Assembly: GCF_028641065.1 (NCBI RefSeq)
Contig: NC_073401.1
Span: 22,258,001 to 22,322,000 of the forward strand
DNA length: 64,000 nucleotides
Source of the DNA: Leucoraja erinacea
Lineage: Eukaryota
Direction: 5' to 3'
Part shown: positions 33,336 through 45,656 of the stretch, piece by piece
Position numbering within the stretch: position 1 is the stretch's first letter
How the letters are laid out: each line of letters starts with the position of its first letter
Made by a program: the position numbers and the translations under genes
Notes under the pieces: generated by a model
Database searches by the model: none
Told to the model about the DNA's origin: nothing
The model's input: the letters and a program-made list of their open reading frames with translations, nothing else

Positions 33336-35990
33336 CATAGAAACATAGAAACATAGAAATTAGGTGCAGGAGTAGGCCATTCGGCCCTTCGAGCCTGCAC
33401 CGCCATTCAATATCATCATGGCTGATCATCCAACTCAGTATCCCGTACCTGCCTTCTCTCCATACCTTCTGATCCCCTTAGCCACAAGGGCCACATCTAA
33501 CTCCCTCTTAAATATAGCCAATTAACTGGCCTCAACTACCCTCTGTGGCAGAGAGTTCCAGAGATTCACCACTCTCTGTGTGAAAAAAGTTCTTCTCATC
33601 TCGGTTTTAAAGGATTTCCCCCTTATCCTTAAGCTGTGACCCCTTGTCCTGGACTTCCCCAACATCGGGAGCAATCTTCCTGCATCTAGCCTGTCCAACC
33701 CCTTAAGAATTTTGTAAGTTTCTATAAGATCCCCTCTCAATCTCCTAAATTCTAGAGAGTATAAACCAAGTCTATCCAGTCTTTCTTCATAAGACAGTCC
33801 TGACATCCCAAGAATCAGTCTGGTGAACCTTCTCTGCACTCCCTCTATGGCAATAATGTCCTTCCTCAGATTTGGAGACCAAAACTGTACGCAATACTCC
33901 AGGTGTGGTCTCACCAAGACCCTGTACAACTGCAGTAGAACCTCCCTGTTCCTATACTCAAATCCTGTTGCTATGAAAGCCAACATTCGCTTTCTTTACT
34001 GCCTGCTGCACCTGCATGCCTACCTTCAATGACTGGTGTACCATGACATCCAGGTCTCGCTGCATCTCCCCCTTTCCCAAACGGCCACCATTTAGATAAT
34101 AGTCTGCTTTCCCGTTTTTGCCACCAAAATGGATAACCTCACATTTATCCACATTATACTGCATCTGCCAAACATTTGCCCACGCACCCAGCCTATCCAA
34201 GTCACCTTGCAGTCTCCTAGCATCCTCCTCACAGCTAACACTGCCCCCCAGCTTAGTGTCATCCGCAAACATGGAGATATTGCCTTCAATTCCCTCATCC
34301 AGATCATTAATATATATTGTAAATAGCTGGGGTCCCAGCACTGAGCCTTGTGGTACGCCACTAGTCACTGCCTGCCATTGTGAAAAGGACCCGTTTACTC
34401 CTACTCTTTGCTTCCTGTTTGCCAGCCAGTTCTCTATCCACATCAATACTGAACCCCCAATGCCGTGTGCTTTAAGTTTGTATACTAATCTCTTATGTGG
34501 GACCATGTCGAAAGCCTTCTGGAAGTCAAGATACACCACATCCACTGATTCTCCCCTATCCACGCTACTAGTTACATCCTCGAAAAATTCTATAAGGTTC
34601 GTCAGACATGATTTACCTTTCGTAAATCCATGCTGACTTTGTCCAATGATTTCACCACTTTCCAAATGTGCTGCTATCCCATCTTTAATAGCTGACTCTA
34701 GCAGTTACCCCAGTACCGATGTTAGACTAACTGGTCTGTAATTCCCCGTTTTCTCTCTCCCTCCCTTCTTAAAACGTGGGGTTACGTTTGCTACCCGCCA
34801 ATCCTCTGGAACTACTCCAGAATCTAAAGAGTTTTGAAAGATTATTACTAATGCATCCACTATTTCTGGAGCTACTTCCTTAAGTACTCTAGGATGCAGC
34901 CTATCTGGCCCTGGGGATTTATCGGCCTTTAATCCATTCAATTTACCCAACACCACTTCCGGACTAACCTGGATTTCACTCAATTCCTCCAACTCCTTTG
35001 ACCCGCGGTCCCCTGCTATTTCCGGCAGATTATTTATGTCTTCCTTAGTGAAGACGGAACCAAAGTAGTTATTCAATTGGTCCGCCATATCCTTGTTCCC
35101 CATGATCAACTCACCTGTTTCTGACTGCAAGGGGCCTACATTTGTTTTAACTAATCTCTTTCTTTTCACATAACTATAAAAACTTTTGCAGTCAGTTTTT
35201 ATGTTCCCTGCCAGGTTTCTTTCATAATCCATTTTTCCTTTCCTGATTAAGCCCTTTGTCCTCCTCTGCTGGTCTCTGAATTTCTCCCAGTCCTTTCGTA
35301 TGCTGCTTTTTCTGGCTAATTTGTACGCATCATCCTTCGCTTTGATACTATCCCTGATTTCCCTTGTTATCCACGGATGCACTACCTTCCCTGATTTATT
35401 CTTTTGCCAGACTGGGATGCACAATTTTTGTAGTTCATCCATGCAGTCTTTAAATGTCTTCCATTGCATATCCACCGTCAACCCTTTTAGGATTAATTGC
35501 CAGTCAATCTTGGCCAATTCACGTCTCATACCCTCAAAGTTACCTTTCTTTAAGTTCAAAACCATTGTTTCTGAATTAACAATGTCACTCTCCATCCTAA
35601 TGAAGAACTCAACCATATTATGGTCACTCTTGCCCAAGGGGCCACACGCACAACAAGACTGCTAACTAACCCTTCCTCATTACTCAATACCCAGTCTAAA
35701 ATAGCCTGCTCTCTCGTTGGTTCCTCTACATGTTGATTTAGATAACTATCCCGCATACATTCCAAGAAATTCTCTTCCTCAGCACCCCTGCCAATTTGAT
35801 TCACCCAATCTATATGTACATTGAAGTCACCCATTATAACTGCTTTGCCTTTGTCGCACGAATTTCTAATTTCCTGTTTGATACCATCTCCAACTACCAC
35901 TACAACACCCACCAGCGTTTTCTGCCCCTTCGTGTTTCGCAGCTCTACCCATACCGATTCCACATCCTCCAAACTAATGTCCTTCCTTTC
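33336..35990 (-). mobile_element. CR1 LINE, 5'-truncated ORF2 (APE endonuclease remnant + RT), frameshifted
   Basis: IMGDFN, SDH, KSPGPD, NYRPVSLTSV, QHGF, YLDFQKAFD, GVPQGSVLGP, FADD motifs in successive frames; (CATAGAAA)3 tail. Confidence 0.95.
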
Positions 35991-36678
35991 GCCACTTCTA
36001 TCCTACAAACTAGGAACAATGTTCAGAAGCCGTTTAACCTACAATCCTGATTTTCTTTGGGATACCGGAGGACCACCGGTCACAGGGAGAATATTCAAAC
36101 TGCAATACAGACAGCATCCGTAGTGAGGAACGAATACGGGTCTCTGATTCTATGATTCAGCAATTCTACCCTCAGTGGGTTGAAAATTATGGAGTTTATA
36201 AATGAAGATGGAACAATTTGACGTATTCAACTTTTTCAGCGTGGGATTTTAAAGGCATGACATGACTGATGAAGCGGATTGGATTTTTGAATAATGCCAA
36301 CGTAATTTACGGGGGAATGTCGATGGATATTAATTATATGGATTTCTCGAATGCATCGTATAAAGTCCTTCATTAAAGATGAACCTCACCTAACTGAAGG
36401 TAAAATAGTGATCTATAGTGAAGCAGGGGCAGAGTAAGGGAAATGACCAGGATGTGACTTGCGGGGTCCCGCGATAATCCATTCACTAGTCGCTAACCAC
36501 TTTGATCCCCAATTTTCAAAGTGGGCTGTGTTCCTTAAATTTGATTTTCGAGGGGGTGTGCAGTCGTTTCCTCTGCTTCTATCAGAGCTAGTCATTTATT
36601 TGGCTCCCTTTTCTTTATTCTATACTTAATTTACTGCAGAACATATCCCTTTGCTTCTCGATTAACAAGAAAATACAT

Positions 36679-38104
36679 TAGGCTGTGGGCCGAGAAGCTT
36701 TTTTGTGTAGTTTCGTGACTCACGGAACTACATGAAATTTTCACATATTGTGTAAACATATTATATAAATCATCCCTGAAACTCGTCAAGAACAAAACAT
36801 CATTTATTTCCCCAATTTATTTGTTTATATTACATCTGATCTTCGTCTGAATATTCTTCATCGGATTCCAAGTATTTTGATAAGTTTTGATAAGTCCATT
36901 GATAAGTTAGTTCAAGTTCAAGTGGAGGGTCAGGCAGAGGCTTCAAAAAAAAAAACATCTCATAGTCTGCATGGACTTCAATTCATAACATTTCAACCTC
37001 TTCTTAATGTTAATGAGAATAACACTGTTACTACATTTGATAAATTAGTTCAAGTTCAAGTTCACATACACCAATTCATTTCTACATAAACATCAGCCAT
37101 TTTTGACCATTTCTCACTTCGATGGAAGCCCATAAAGTGCAGTCAATATTCCTTCGTTTTTCTCCCGTGGTCGGGGCCTAGAAACGGCCGCTACGGACGT
37201 CACTATGTACAGCCCCACACCCTCACACACTCCGCGGAGATGATCGAAAGACACTCCGCGGCTCCGCGTTCGCGAATCGGCCGCTTCTTAATTGAGACCG
37301 CGGCTTCACTATGTTATGTACCTAGGCCGCGCAGTCGGAGCACTTTTACTCGGTAAGTGATCGCAGGCAGCTCCGAGATTATATGTTAAAGACTTATTAG
37401 ACTACAACAAGCTGTAGTGAAAACATTAGTGAAAATGTTTAATTTACTTTGTTATGGATACACACAGTTTAGGAACTCAACTTCATGAATGAACGAGTGA
37501 ATGCATGAGTGAATGATTGAGTGAATGCATGAGTGATGAGTGAATGAATGAATGAGTGAATGTATGATTGAGTGAATGAGTGAATGTACAGCCTGCAAAG
37601 CACATTATAAAAGGGTACAATTCTTTCACATTATAAAAGGTGCAATTCAATTAATTAAAGTCCACACAGATTAATTTTCCATCAATTCAGACTTTAGATC
37701 TTACCTTTCAGTTCCAGTTAATTCACAAAGTTTGACTGGTTTGACAACTTGGCTGTCTAGGCCGTGAGCCGAGGAGCTTTTTTTGTGCAGTTTCGTGACC
37801 CAACTCACGGAACTACATGAAATTTTCACATATTGTGTAAAAATATTACATAAATCATCCCTGAAACTCGTCACGAACAAAACTGGCACATTTTATTTAA
37901 TTAAATTAGAGAAAAAAATGAAAATGTTCGGGTATTTAAAGTCCAATCTTTCAAAGCGCGTTTAACATTGATTCGGGCGCCAGTGGGTGACGAAAATGGA
38001 TTTCTAGACACATTTTTGATGCTCAGCCTACATCGGCAGATAAATATACGGGAATGTGCTTGCAACTGGGCCGATCTCCCAGTTGAAATCTATCAGAGGA
38101 ACTA
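36679..38104. mobile_element. Probable degraded DNA-transposon relic with ~120-nt direct repeats (36679-36798, 37758-37883)
   Basis: Direct repeats, CpG-rich core 37140-37380, GAGTGAAT microsatellite; no matched TIR pair found. Confidence 0.35.
37486..37586. repeat. (GAGTGAAT/GAAT)n microsatellite
   Basis: Directly visible. Confidence 0.85.
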
Positions 38105-38115
38105 TGTTCTCGCCA

Positions 38116-38157
<42 letters not shown>

Positions 38158-40056
38158 TATCCATTATGTATGCCTGGGCGTCTGTGGTCTGTCAAAGATG
38201 TGTTTGTTTTTAAATTTCCTGTTTTGTCCATGCACTTGTTAATTTCTGTACTTTATATCGCCCTCGCTGCTTTTAACTCAACTGTACCCATTGCAATTCA
38301 TACTCTGTCCTTCCTCACCTTGCTTTCTATTTATCTCTGACCCCCGCTCTATATCTCATGTTCTTTCTCGACCTCATTTAGACCGTTTCTCTGGTCTGGT
38401 TGCAGATGTATAAGACGTTGGTGACGCCGCATTTAGTGTAAGGTGTTCAGTCTGGGCACCATCTTTTTTGAAAGATTTCGACAAGCTGGGCACAGAGAAG
38501 ATTTACGAGGATGTTGCCAAGACTAGAGGGTCTGAGCCATAGGGAGAGGTTGAGTAGGCTGGGACTCTACACCTTGGAGCGCACGAAGATGAGGGGAAAT
38601 CTTATAGAGGTGTATTGGGTCATGAGAGGAATAGATCGAGTAGATGCACAGTCTCTTGCCAAGAGCAGGTGAATTGAGGACCAGGTTTATGGTGACGGGG
38701 CAAAGATTTAATAAGAATCTGAGGGGTAACTTTTTCCCAGATGGGTGTATGGAACAAGCAGCGAGAGGAGGTAGTTGTGCCAGGGACAATCCCAGCGTTT
38801 AAAAAAACAGTTAGACAGGTACATGGATATGACTGATTTGGAGGGATATGGACTCAATGGGCAGGTGGGGCTGGTACAAATTGTAGTCACTTTTTTTTAA
38901 ATTTGGAGATACAGCGCGGAAAAAGGCACTTCTACCCACTGATCACCAGTCCCCGCACATTAACATGATCCTACACACTTTAGGGACAATATATAATTTT
39001 ACCAAACCAATGAACCTACCAATCTGTCTTTGTAGTGTGGGAGGAAACCGGAACTCCCAGGCAGGTCATGGGGAAAACGTAGTGGTGAAAGGATGAACGG
39101 TTAAGTTAATGGATCGCTGACCAGTTATGTTCACTGCTAAACTAATCTAGTTTAATGACAATTTAAGGACAATTATTCATGATAATCATATTTCTCACCC
39201 GCTATTTCCCGAAAACCGCTCTTCACGTTTGTCCCATGTCAGTTTTGCCAGATAGCTGGAGTGCCCGTGTTCTATTCAACTTTAATTGAATATGGATGTG
39301 CTGTATGTAGACCTCCTGACGTCCTGTCGTACTACAAAGTCGAAAGAATTCTGGAAGTGGTCGGTGAGAGCCAATATGACCCCTTTTACTTCACTCATAC
39401 ATGCATTAATTTGGTACAGGCAACCTTTCAACTTTGAGTCGAGGCAAGTTTCGTGAATTACTGCGCATTACAATAGGAGAGTATCACAGACCGCTTTTCC
39501 AAGCGCGACACACATCGGGTAGTGTAAGTTGCCTCCAAAACTGCAACTTTACTGACATCTGTGGTGATGTCCTGTCTCCCCAGGTCCTTTCTAAATGATC
39601 TGATACACAAGTAGAAGGGCAGCCTGTGGGGTTTATCATTTCTAAAATGACAAAGATATCTAAATATAGATTTAATGTGCTTTTTAATAAAACAGTGCTG
39701 ATGCTGTGACTGTGATCATGTTATGTTCAGCGATACGGAGGTAGACAAAAATGCTGGAGAAACTCAGCGGGTGAGGGAGCGAAGGAAATCAGCGATACGG
39801 ATTCAGTTGGTCCGTTTAGATAAAATATTTCTATTCCGTTTTCATTGTTGATTAAACAGTTACCGAATATAATATTTAAAACTCGCAATCTGTTTAGTGT
39901 ATATATGCGGAGGGTTCATACAGAACATTATAGATTGTTTGTTTATAAAGAAGGGACAACTGTGACAATCCTTTTCATTCTGCTGGATGTATGAAGCTTT
40001 TTAGAAACACAAGTCTCTAAAATAAGACCTGCGTGTTTCACAGGGGCGAATATTTT

Positions 40057-40158
40057 GAGGAAGAATCTGGCAATTTCTGATTGGCTTCGACGAGCATACC
40101 GGTTTGATTGGTTTGGATAATTAAACACACGGTGACATATCGTCATTCCATTTATAAA
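40057..40158 (+). promoter_or_regulatory. IgL copy 1 proximal promoter: GAGGAAG (Ets-like), two inverted CCAAT boxes (40080, 40107), TGAC-N5-GTCA palindrome (40133-40145), TATAAA (40153-40158)
   Basis: Motifs seen ~70-170 nt upstream of the ATG and conserved in copies 2 (52765-52866) and 3 (62186-62287). Confidence 0.6.
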
Positions 40159-40228
40159 GAGAGCCAGAGAGCAAGATTACACGCCACTTGTCCTGGAAAC
40201 TGCCGCCCCATCGGAGCTCAGTCGGTTA

Positions 40229-42066
40229 ATGAACATGTCTTATTGGATCCGTGTGGTCGGTGCGTTGGTGTTTTGCGCAGTTTGTGAGTATTTTACTTTC
40301 CTGGACATTATACTTATTTCTGTTCACCATTAATTTGGGATTACCTCCCACACTTCAACAAACTTAACAATTTTCTTTTTTTTCTGATATTTCTCCTTTC
40401 TCAGACATAAGCGCGGCTGTTACAGTAACTCAGCCGCCTTCGATGTCCACCTCTACGGGACAGAACATTCAAATACCCTGCACCATATCGGGTACCAGTT
40501 CAGGCGCTAACTATGTCTCGTGGTACCAACAGATTCCTGGCAAAACTCCCAAGTATCTATTCGTCCATACTACCGGCGGCACCATTTATAAAGGCACGGA
40601 CATTCCAGACCGTTTTTCCATCTCGGTGTCAGGCAGCTCTGTAACATTCGCAATATCTAGCGTTCAATCGGTGGATGCTGCTGACTATTACTGTGCCAAA
40701 TGGGATAGTGGTTTATATTTCGGTAAAGGAACGAGGCTGGGTATTGGCGGTAAGTAAAATATATTCTTCGAACAGCGCGCTGTTTTCTTTTTATTTTAAT
40801 GCAGATATTGCTTGATTTAATGTCCTGAGTTCACATGATACGTGATTGGGCCAGTTGTATTTCAGTGCAGATGGTGCGATCTTGCTGTACAGATGTTCCG
40901 AGTTCACTTGGACATAACTCAGTGAAATGACTGGGAAAGCGAGCTAATGCTTTGTCTTGAGCTTCGTTCAATAAATTGCGGAAATATTTGCAGTGATTGT
41001 CCAGATATGAAAGGAAATTGCTTGGGTAACGGGGTTCACCAACGTCAATATTCAACACTGTCAAAAATCCGGTTGACGGGTTGAACAAGGATATCAAAAT
41101 GCCAAATGCGAAAGGAGAAAGTTTCGCACATTTCCTTCAGAAATTGTGTTTAATACGTAGAGCAGCTTTTCGTGGACGCAGCCGTGTATTTCAAATTTAA
41201 ATGAACATTCGAACTACAATGTAATTCTTGCTTGTGAACTATATCTGCGAATCGGTGACCGTGGCCTTCGAAGACTAGTTTCCATATATTTTTGCCGAAC
41301 ATAAATAGCGTCACCCTCCATCTCAATGGTGCCGACAATTAAATAAGTTTAAATCTGTTATTATAAATGTCGCGACCGCGAATCGTTTATATCTGCTGAT
41401 ATATTTAAATAAATGTAAATCCGGAAATGTGTAGTAAAATGAACATTATAAAAGTTATAATAATGTATTCAGTTTTATAAAATACTGCAGCCATGATCTA
41501 TCACAGATGGTTTCCCGGTGTTTATACAGAGGGTAGACAGGATCTATTTTAGTTGCTTTCACGCACTTTATTTATTGTTCACCCAATTAAAATAAACACA
41601 CTATAATGGTTTGAAATAGGTCGAGAATAAAACGACATTTCTATAAATGAATAAATGAGTGCTTTAATGAGATGTATTTTCGGTAAATAATGATATCTCA
41701 ACGACAGCATTTCTCCAATTAAATGTGACTTCTTATTAAACAGATCCTCGGGCACCGATCGTGACGGTCCTGCCGCCTTCAGCCGATGAAGTTACCTCAA
41801 AGGGCACCGCCACCCTGGTGTGTTTGGTGAACGGCTTTAATCCGGGCTCGGTCGCCGTTGAGTGGACAGTCGACGGCAGTGCAAGAAATAGCGACGTTGA
41901 GACCAGCCCGATCCAGCAGGATAAGGACAACACGTTCAGTCTCAGCAGTTACCTGACTCTGACAGCCTCAGACTGGAACTTACACGACCTTTACTCCTGT
42001 GTGGTTAAACACCAGGCTCAGGCAAACCCACTTAAGACAAATATCGAGAGATCCAGCTGTATCTGA
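40229..42066 (+). CDS. IgL: Immunoglobulin light chain, germline-joined VJ, copy 1 (L 40229-40283, VJ 40405-40749, C 41744-42066; 240 aa), lambda-like C
   Basis: Leader MNMSYWIRVVGALVFCAV/YISA; V with IPC, WYQQ, DYYC; contiguous J FGKGTRLGIG with GTAAG donor; C1-set exon DPRAPIVTVLPPS..ATLVCLV..W..SSYLTL..YSCVVKH..SSCI*; phase-1 GT/AG introns; open frame. Confidence 0.97.
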
Positions 42067-42331
42067 TGTTGGAAACGTGAGGCTGACCTGACTAAGTTAG
42101 TTTATCATCATTGGGTTCGTCCATGTGACAAAGTTAGTAATGTATTGGACTTCAGTGTTTTCGTTCAGAAATGCCATTTGTAGTTGAAACTTCGATTTTT
42201 ATGACTTGTTCACTTTAAATGTAGTTCTTTCGAAAGAATGTCGTTCTTGAATGAAGCATCAAGTAGATTCAATTGCGTTATCCAACAGCATGGATGTTGT
42301 TATTGTACCCATGGTATCTTTGTAGCCGTTG

Positions 42332-42337
42332 AATAAA
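42332..42337 (+). terminator. Polyadenylation signal AATAAA, IgL copy 1
   Basis: ~265 nt after the stop codon; conserved in copy 2. Confidence 0.7.
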
Positions 42338-43469
42338 GTTTAAAAAACGCATTTCAAATGCATTGTTGATTCCCTCAGTTTTATTTCTGACCCGAACCAT
42401 GATGGCTTAACACGGGTTGCGTTGTCTCGTAGATTTGAGCTAGCAACACTGATTTTCTTTCTCTATTTCGATCACTAATTACAATCGTACAACAGTAGTG
42501 GGCCACTCGTCCATTTATACCACGCGTTCTACAGCGCTTTGTCAGTTCTTGTGCAACATGATTCAGCCAAAGAACCGTATAAACCAAGCAGGGCAAACGT
42601 GGTCTTAAACCCCAAATTATCACAGAAATAAACAGAAAATACTGTTCATACTCAGTAAGTCGGGCGGTATGTGGGAAGTGAGAAATAGATTAGACGTTTC
42701 AGGCTGTTTAAAAAAAAAATCAAAAACGTCCCTACCAGCCTCGTGCGTTCAGGGTTTGTTAAATATGTCTTTGTTCACAAGGTGTACCGCTACATAATTA
42801 AATAAAATACGTGTGCATACGTGGAAATCTGGAAATTTGGAAACGCCATTAATTCCCAACATATCAGCAGGTTTCTGTAAACTGATGGGTTGTTCGCACC
42901 TCCCCTTTACACCCCTCGCACTAAGCATGGCACCTCCATCCTTCATCACAGAAGGCCGTGACTTTCACACTAATCGGTGACGGGGTTTGTATTTAAATAT
43001 TTACAAACATTACACCTTATTTCTTCTTTATTTCTTCTGATTGTCAGCTTTAAAGAAACGGGGTGATTATTGGCGTTAGCAGAACTGCCACTGAGTTTGT
43101 ATGTGGCGTGTACGTGTCTCACGGTGGTATTACACTGGAACTGGGCAACAACACTCTCAATAAAGCAAGATAATATCTACAGAAAGATGCGACGAGTGCA
43201 CGGCAGCTTCATATAGACACATGCAGAAAGAGAGCGAGGGGGGGGGAGAGAGAGAGAGAGAGGGGGGGGAGGGGAGAGAGAGAGGGGGTGAGAATAGGAC
43301 GGGGCGGGGTTAATAGCGAACAATGAGGGAACTATATGCTATAGTTAGAGGACAATCAGTCACGGACAAACCCCTGACCTCTGTCACAAATCGCTTTTCC
43401 CTTATTCCAAGCTTTATTCCCAATTATTTTCACGTAACATGAGCAACCTGGACTTAAGTCTTAATGAAT

Positions 43470-43680
43470 GGGAAGGAGCTGCAGATGCTGGTTTAAAGCA
43501 AAGATAGACACAAACATCTGGAGTAAATCAGCTGGTCAGAAAGCATCTCTGGAGAAAGGGAATCGGTGACGTTTTGGGGCGAGACCCTTCTTCAGACTGT
43601 TTGAAGAAAGGTCTCGATCCGAAATGTCACCTATTCATTTTCTCCAGAGATGCTGGCTGACCCGCTAATTTACTCCAGCT
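43470..43680. mobile_element. Penelope-like hairpin element with two opposed degenerate hammerhead cores (paralog 56372-56581)
   Basis: GACGTTTTGGGGCGAGACCCTTCTTCAGAC..TTGAAGAAAGGTCTCGATCCGAAATGTC inverted arrangement. Confidence 0.6.
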
Positions 43681-43683
43681 TTA

Positions 43684-44045
43684 TAGAAACATAGAAACAT
43701 AGAAACATAGAAAATAGGTGCAGAAGTAGGCCATTCGGCCCTTCGAGGCTGCACCACCATTCAATATGATCATGGCTGATCATCCAACCCAGTATCCTGC
43801 ACCTGCCTTCTCTCCATACCCCCTGATCCCTTTAGCCACAAGGGCCACATCTAACCCCCTCTTAAATATAGCCAATGAACTGGCCTCAACTACCTTCTGT
43901 GGCAGAGAATGTTTTCCCTCATCTCGGTCCCAAAAGAGTTCCCTCTTTCCTTAAACTGTGACCCCCTATCCTGGACCTCCCCAACGTCGGGAACAATCTT
44001 CCTGCATCTAGCCTGTCCAACCCCCTAAGAATTTTGTAAGTTTCA
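43684..44045 (-). mobile_element. CR1 3' fragment (paralog 56585-56978)
   Basis: Tail repeat and 3' UTR/ORF2 end. Confidence 0.85.
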
Positions 44046-45656
44046 GACATGATCTCATTATGTGTCTTATCTTTTCTAAATGATCCGGATTGTATGCATT
44101 TTTTGCTGATTCGAATAAATGGTCACATATCTGCAATTGCTCACCTGATCGTTAGTTATTTTGGAAATTCCTCTAAATCTGTAAATACTGAGCCTACTTT
44201 CACTCGGAAAAAAATGGTCAATTCAAACGCCTTGACTATGCCCCTCATTCAAATCACCATTATACCTTCCCTGTTCAAAGGAACCAATTCCGATAACTCT
44301 CGAGCTGCCATTATCATGCCCATTTTCTTCCCAATTTCTTCTGCGGCTTGTAATTTTTATGAAGGAGCCAAAAACAAAGGTTTGAGTCTTCCCGGCCTTG
44401 CCTTTTCCTTCCGTTCCCGTAGTGTCCTGGTTATCCATTGTGAGCTCCACCTTTCCCTGGTCATCGATATCGGGTCTCATTTGTTCTGAATATTTTCATA
44501 GAGACATAGAAACATAGAAACATAGAAAATAGGTGCAGAAGGAGGCCTTTCGGCCCTTCGAGCCAGCACCGCCATTCAATGAGATCATGGCCGATCGTCC
44601 CCAAACAATAACCCGTGCCTGCCTTCTGCCCAAATCCCTTGATTCCACTAGCCTCTAGAGCTCTAACTCTCTCTTAAATCCATCCAGTGATTTGGCCTCC
44701 ACTGCCCTCTGTGGCAGGTACTGACCCAAAAGGCCGCATTTTCTCCTGTCTCGTAATGTCATTACAATATTTTACCGTTGCCTTTCGAAGATGTCTATGT
44801 GTGAGCGCCAGGACCGGCGAGAAAATCATGCACTTACACTCATGCCATGTATAAATGCTGTCGGCCTCTCTCGCTCATCATCCGCGTGAATGCTGTTAAA
44901 CACGATGTCAGTGTCATAACTTCAGATCTATCCACGATGGCCCACAATGTCTGTGCGAACCTAATGCCAATGTCATCTGCCTGCCATATATAATGTCTAT
45001 ATCCCTCCATTCCCTATCTGTTCACGTGTTTGCCTAAATGTCTCTTGAACCTTGCTGGGTATCTACTTACACCGCTTCTTCTAGCAAAGCGTTGCACACT
45101 TTCTGTTTAAAAAAGACATGCAAAGTGTGCCCCCTTCAAACGTCCCCTCGCCTACTTTAATAAACTATATTATATAATACTTCGGCCCTGGACAGAAAAC
45201 TTTACTCCTAAGTAAAGCGACTTATCTTCACTAAGGGTATTAGAGCAATAGATAGGGATGGGAAATCGATGCAGTGTCTGGCCAACAACACATTAATCCC
45301 CAAAAATAAATCAATGGACCCCCACGGGAGACGTGGTCCTCCAACTCAAGCCGTTCAGGACTCAGCAGTGCGGATGTTTTTAAATGGCGCCTTTGAGCCG
45401 AGATGCGGGCGACAGCAGCCGTTATGGTCGCTGTTAGTGGAGGGGAGAAGGGTTTTATTAAATCTATGTACATAAACACGACGAAATTTAATCAGGAGTG
45501 GATACTTGGAATGAAAAGTGAAAACTGTACCGAAATGGAAACATTCTGGGCGTTTGTGGGTCTGGTGTTGGCGTAGCAACGAATCAAAGGCTGGCAACCA
45601 CAAGTCAGGCAGAAATACAGCCAGCCAGCAGCCAGCCACAGAGTTTTAATATTATA

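Noticed and set aside
33336-35990. Active retrotransposon or host reverse-transcriptase gene
   Set aside because: 5'-truncated and broken by several frameshifts; all RT-like ORFs in the window are LINE debris.
39259-39437. ~59-codon frame open in all three units upstream of IgL (GVPVFYSTLIEYGC..)
   Set aside because: Differences between copies are mostly non-synonymous, with no consistent start or recognisable domain; conservation is explained by recent duplication.
40704-40710. GATAGTG in CDR3 as a relic RSS heptamer (CACAGTG)
   Set aside because: Only 5/7 match, encodes the common lambda-like WDS motif, and no nonamer follows.
40831-41097. Identical antisense ORFs in the J-C intron and promoter (also 39943-40146 and paralogs)
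   Set aside because: Identity reflects segmental duplication, not coding constraint.
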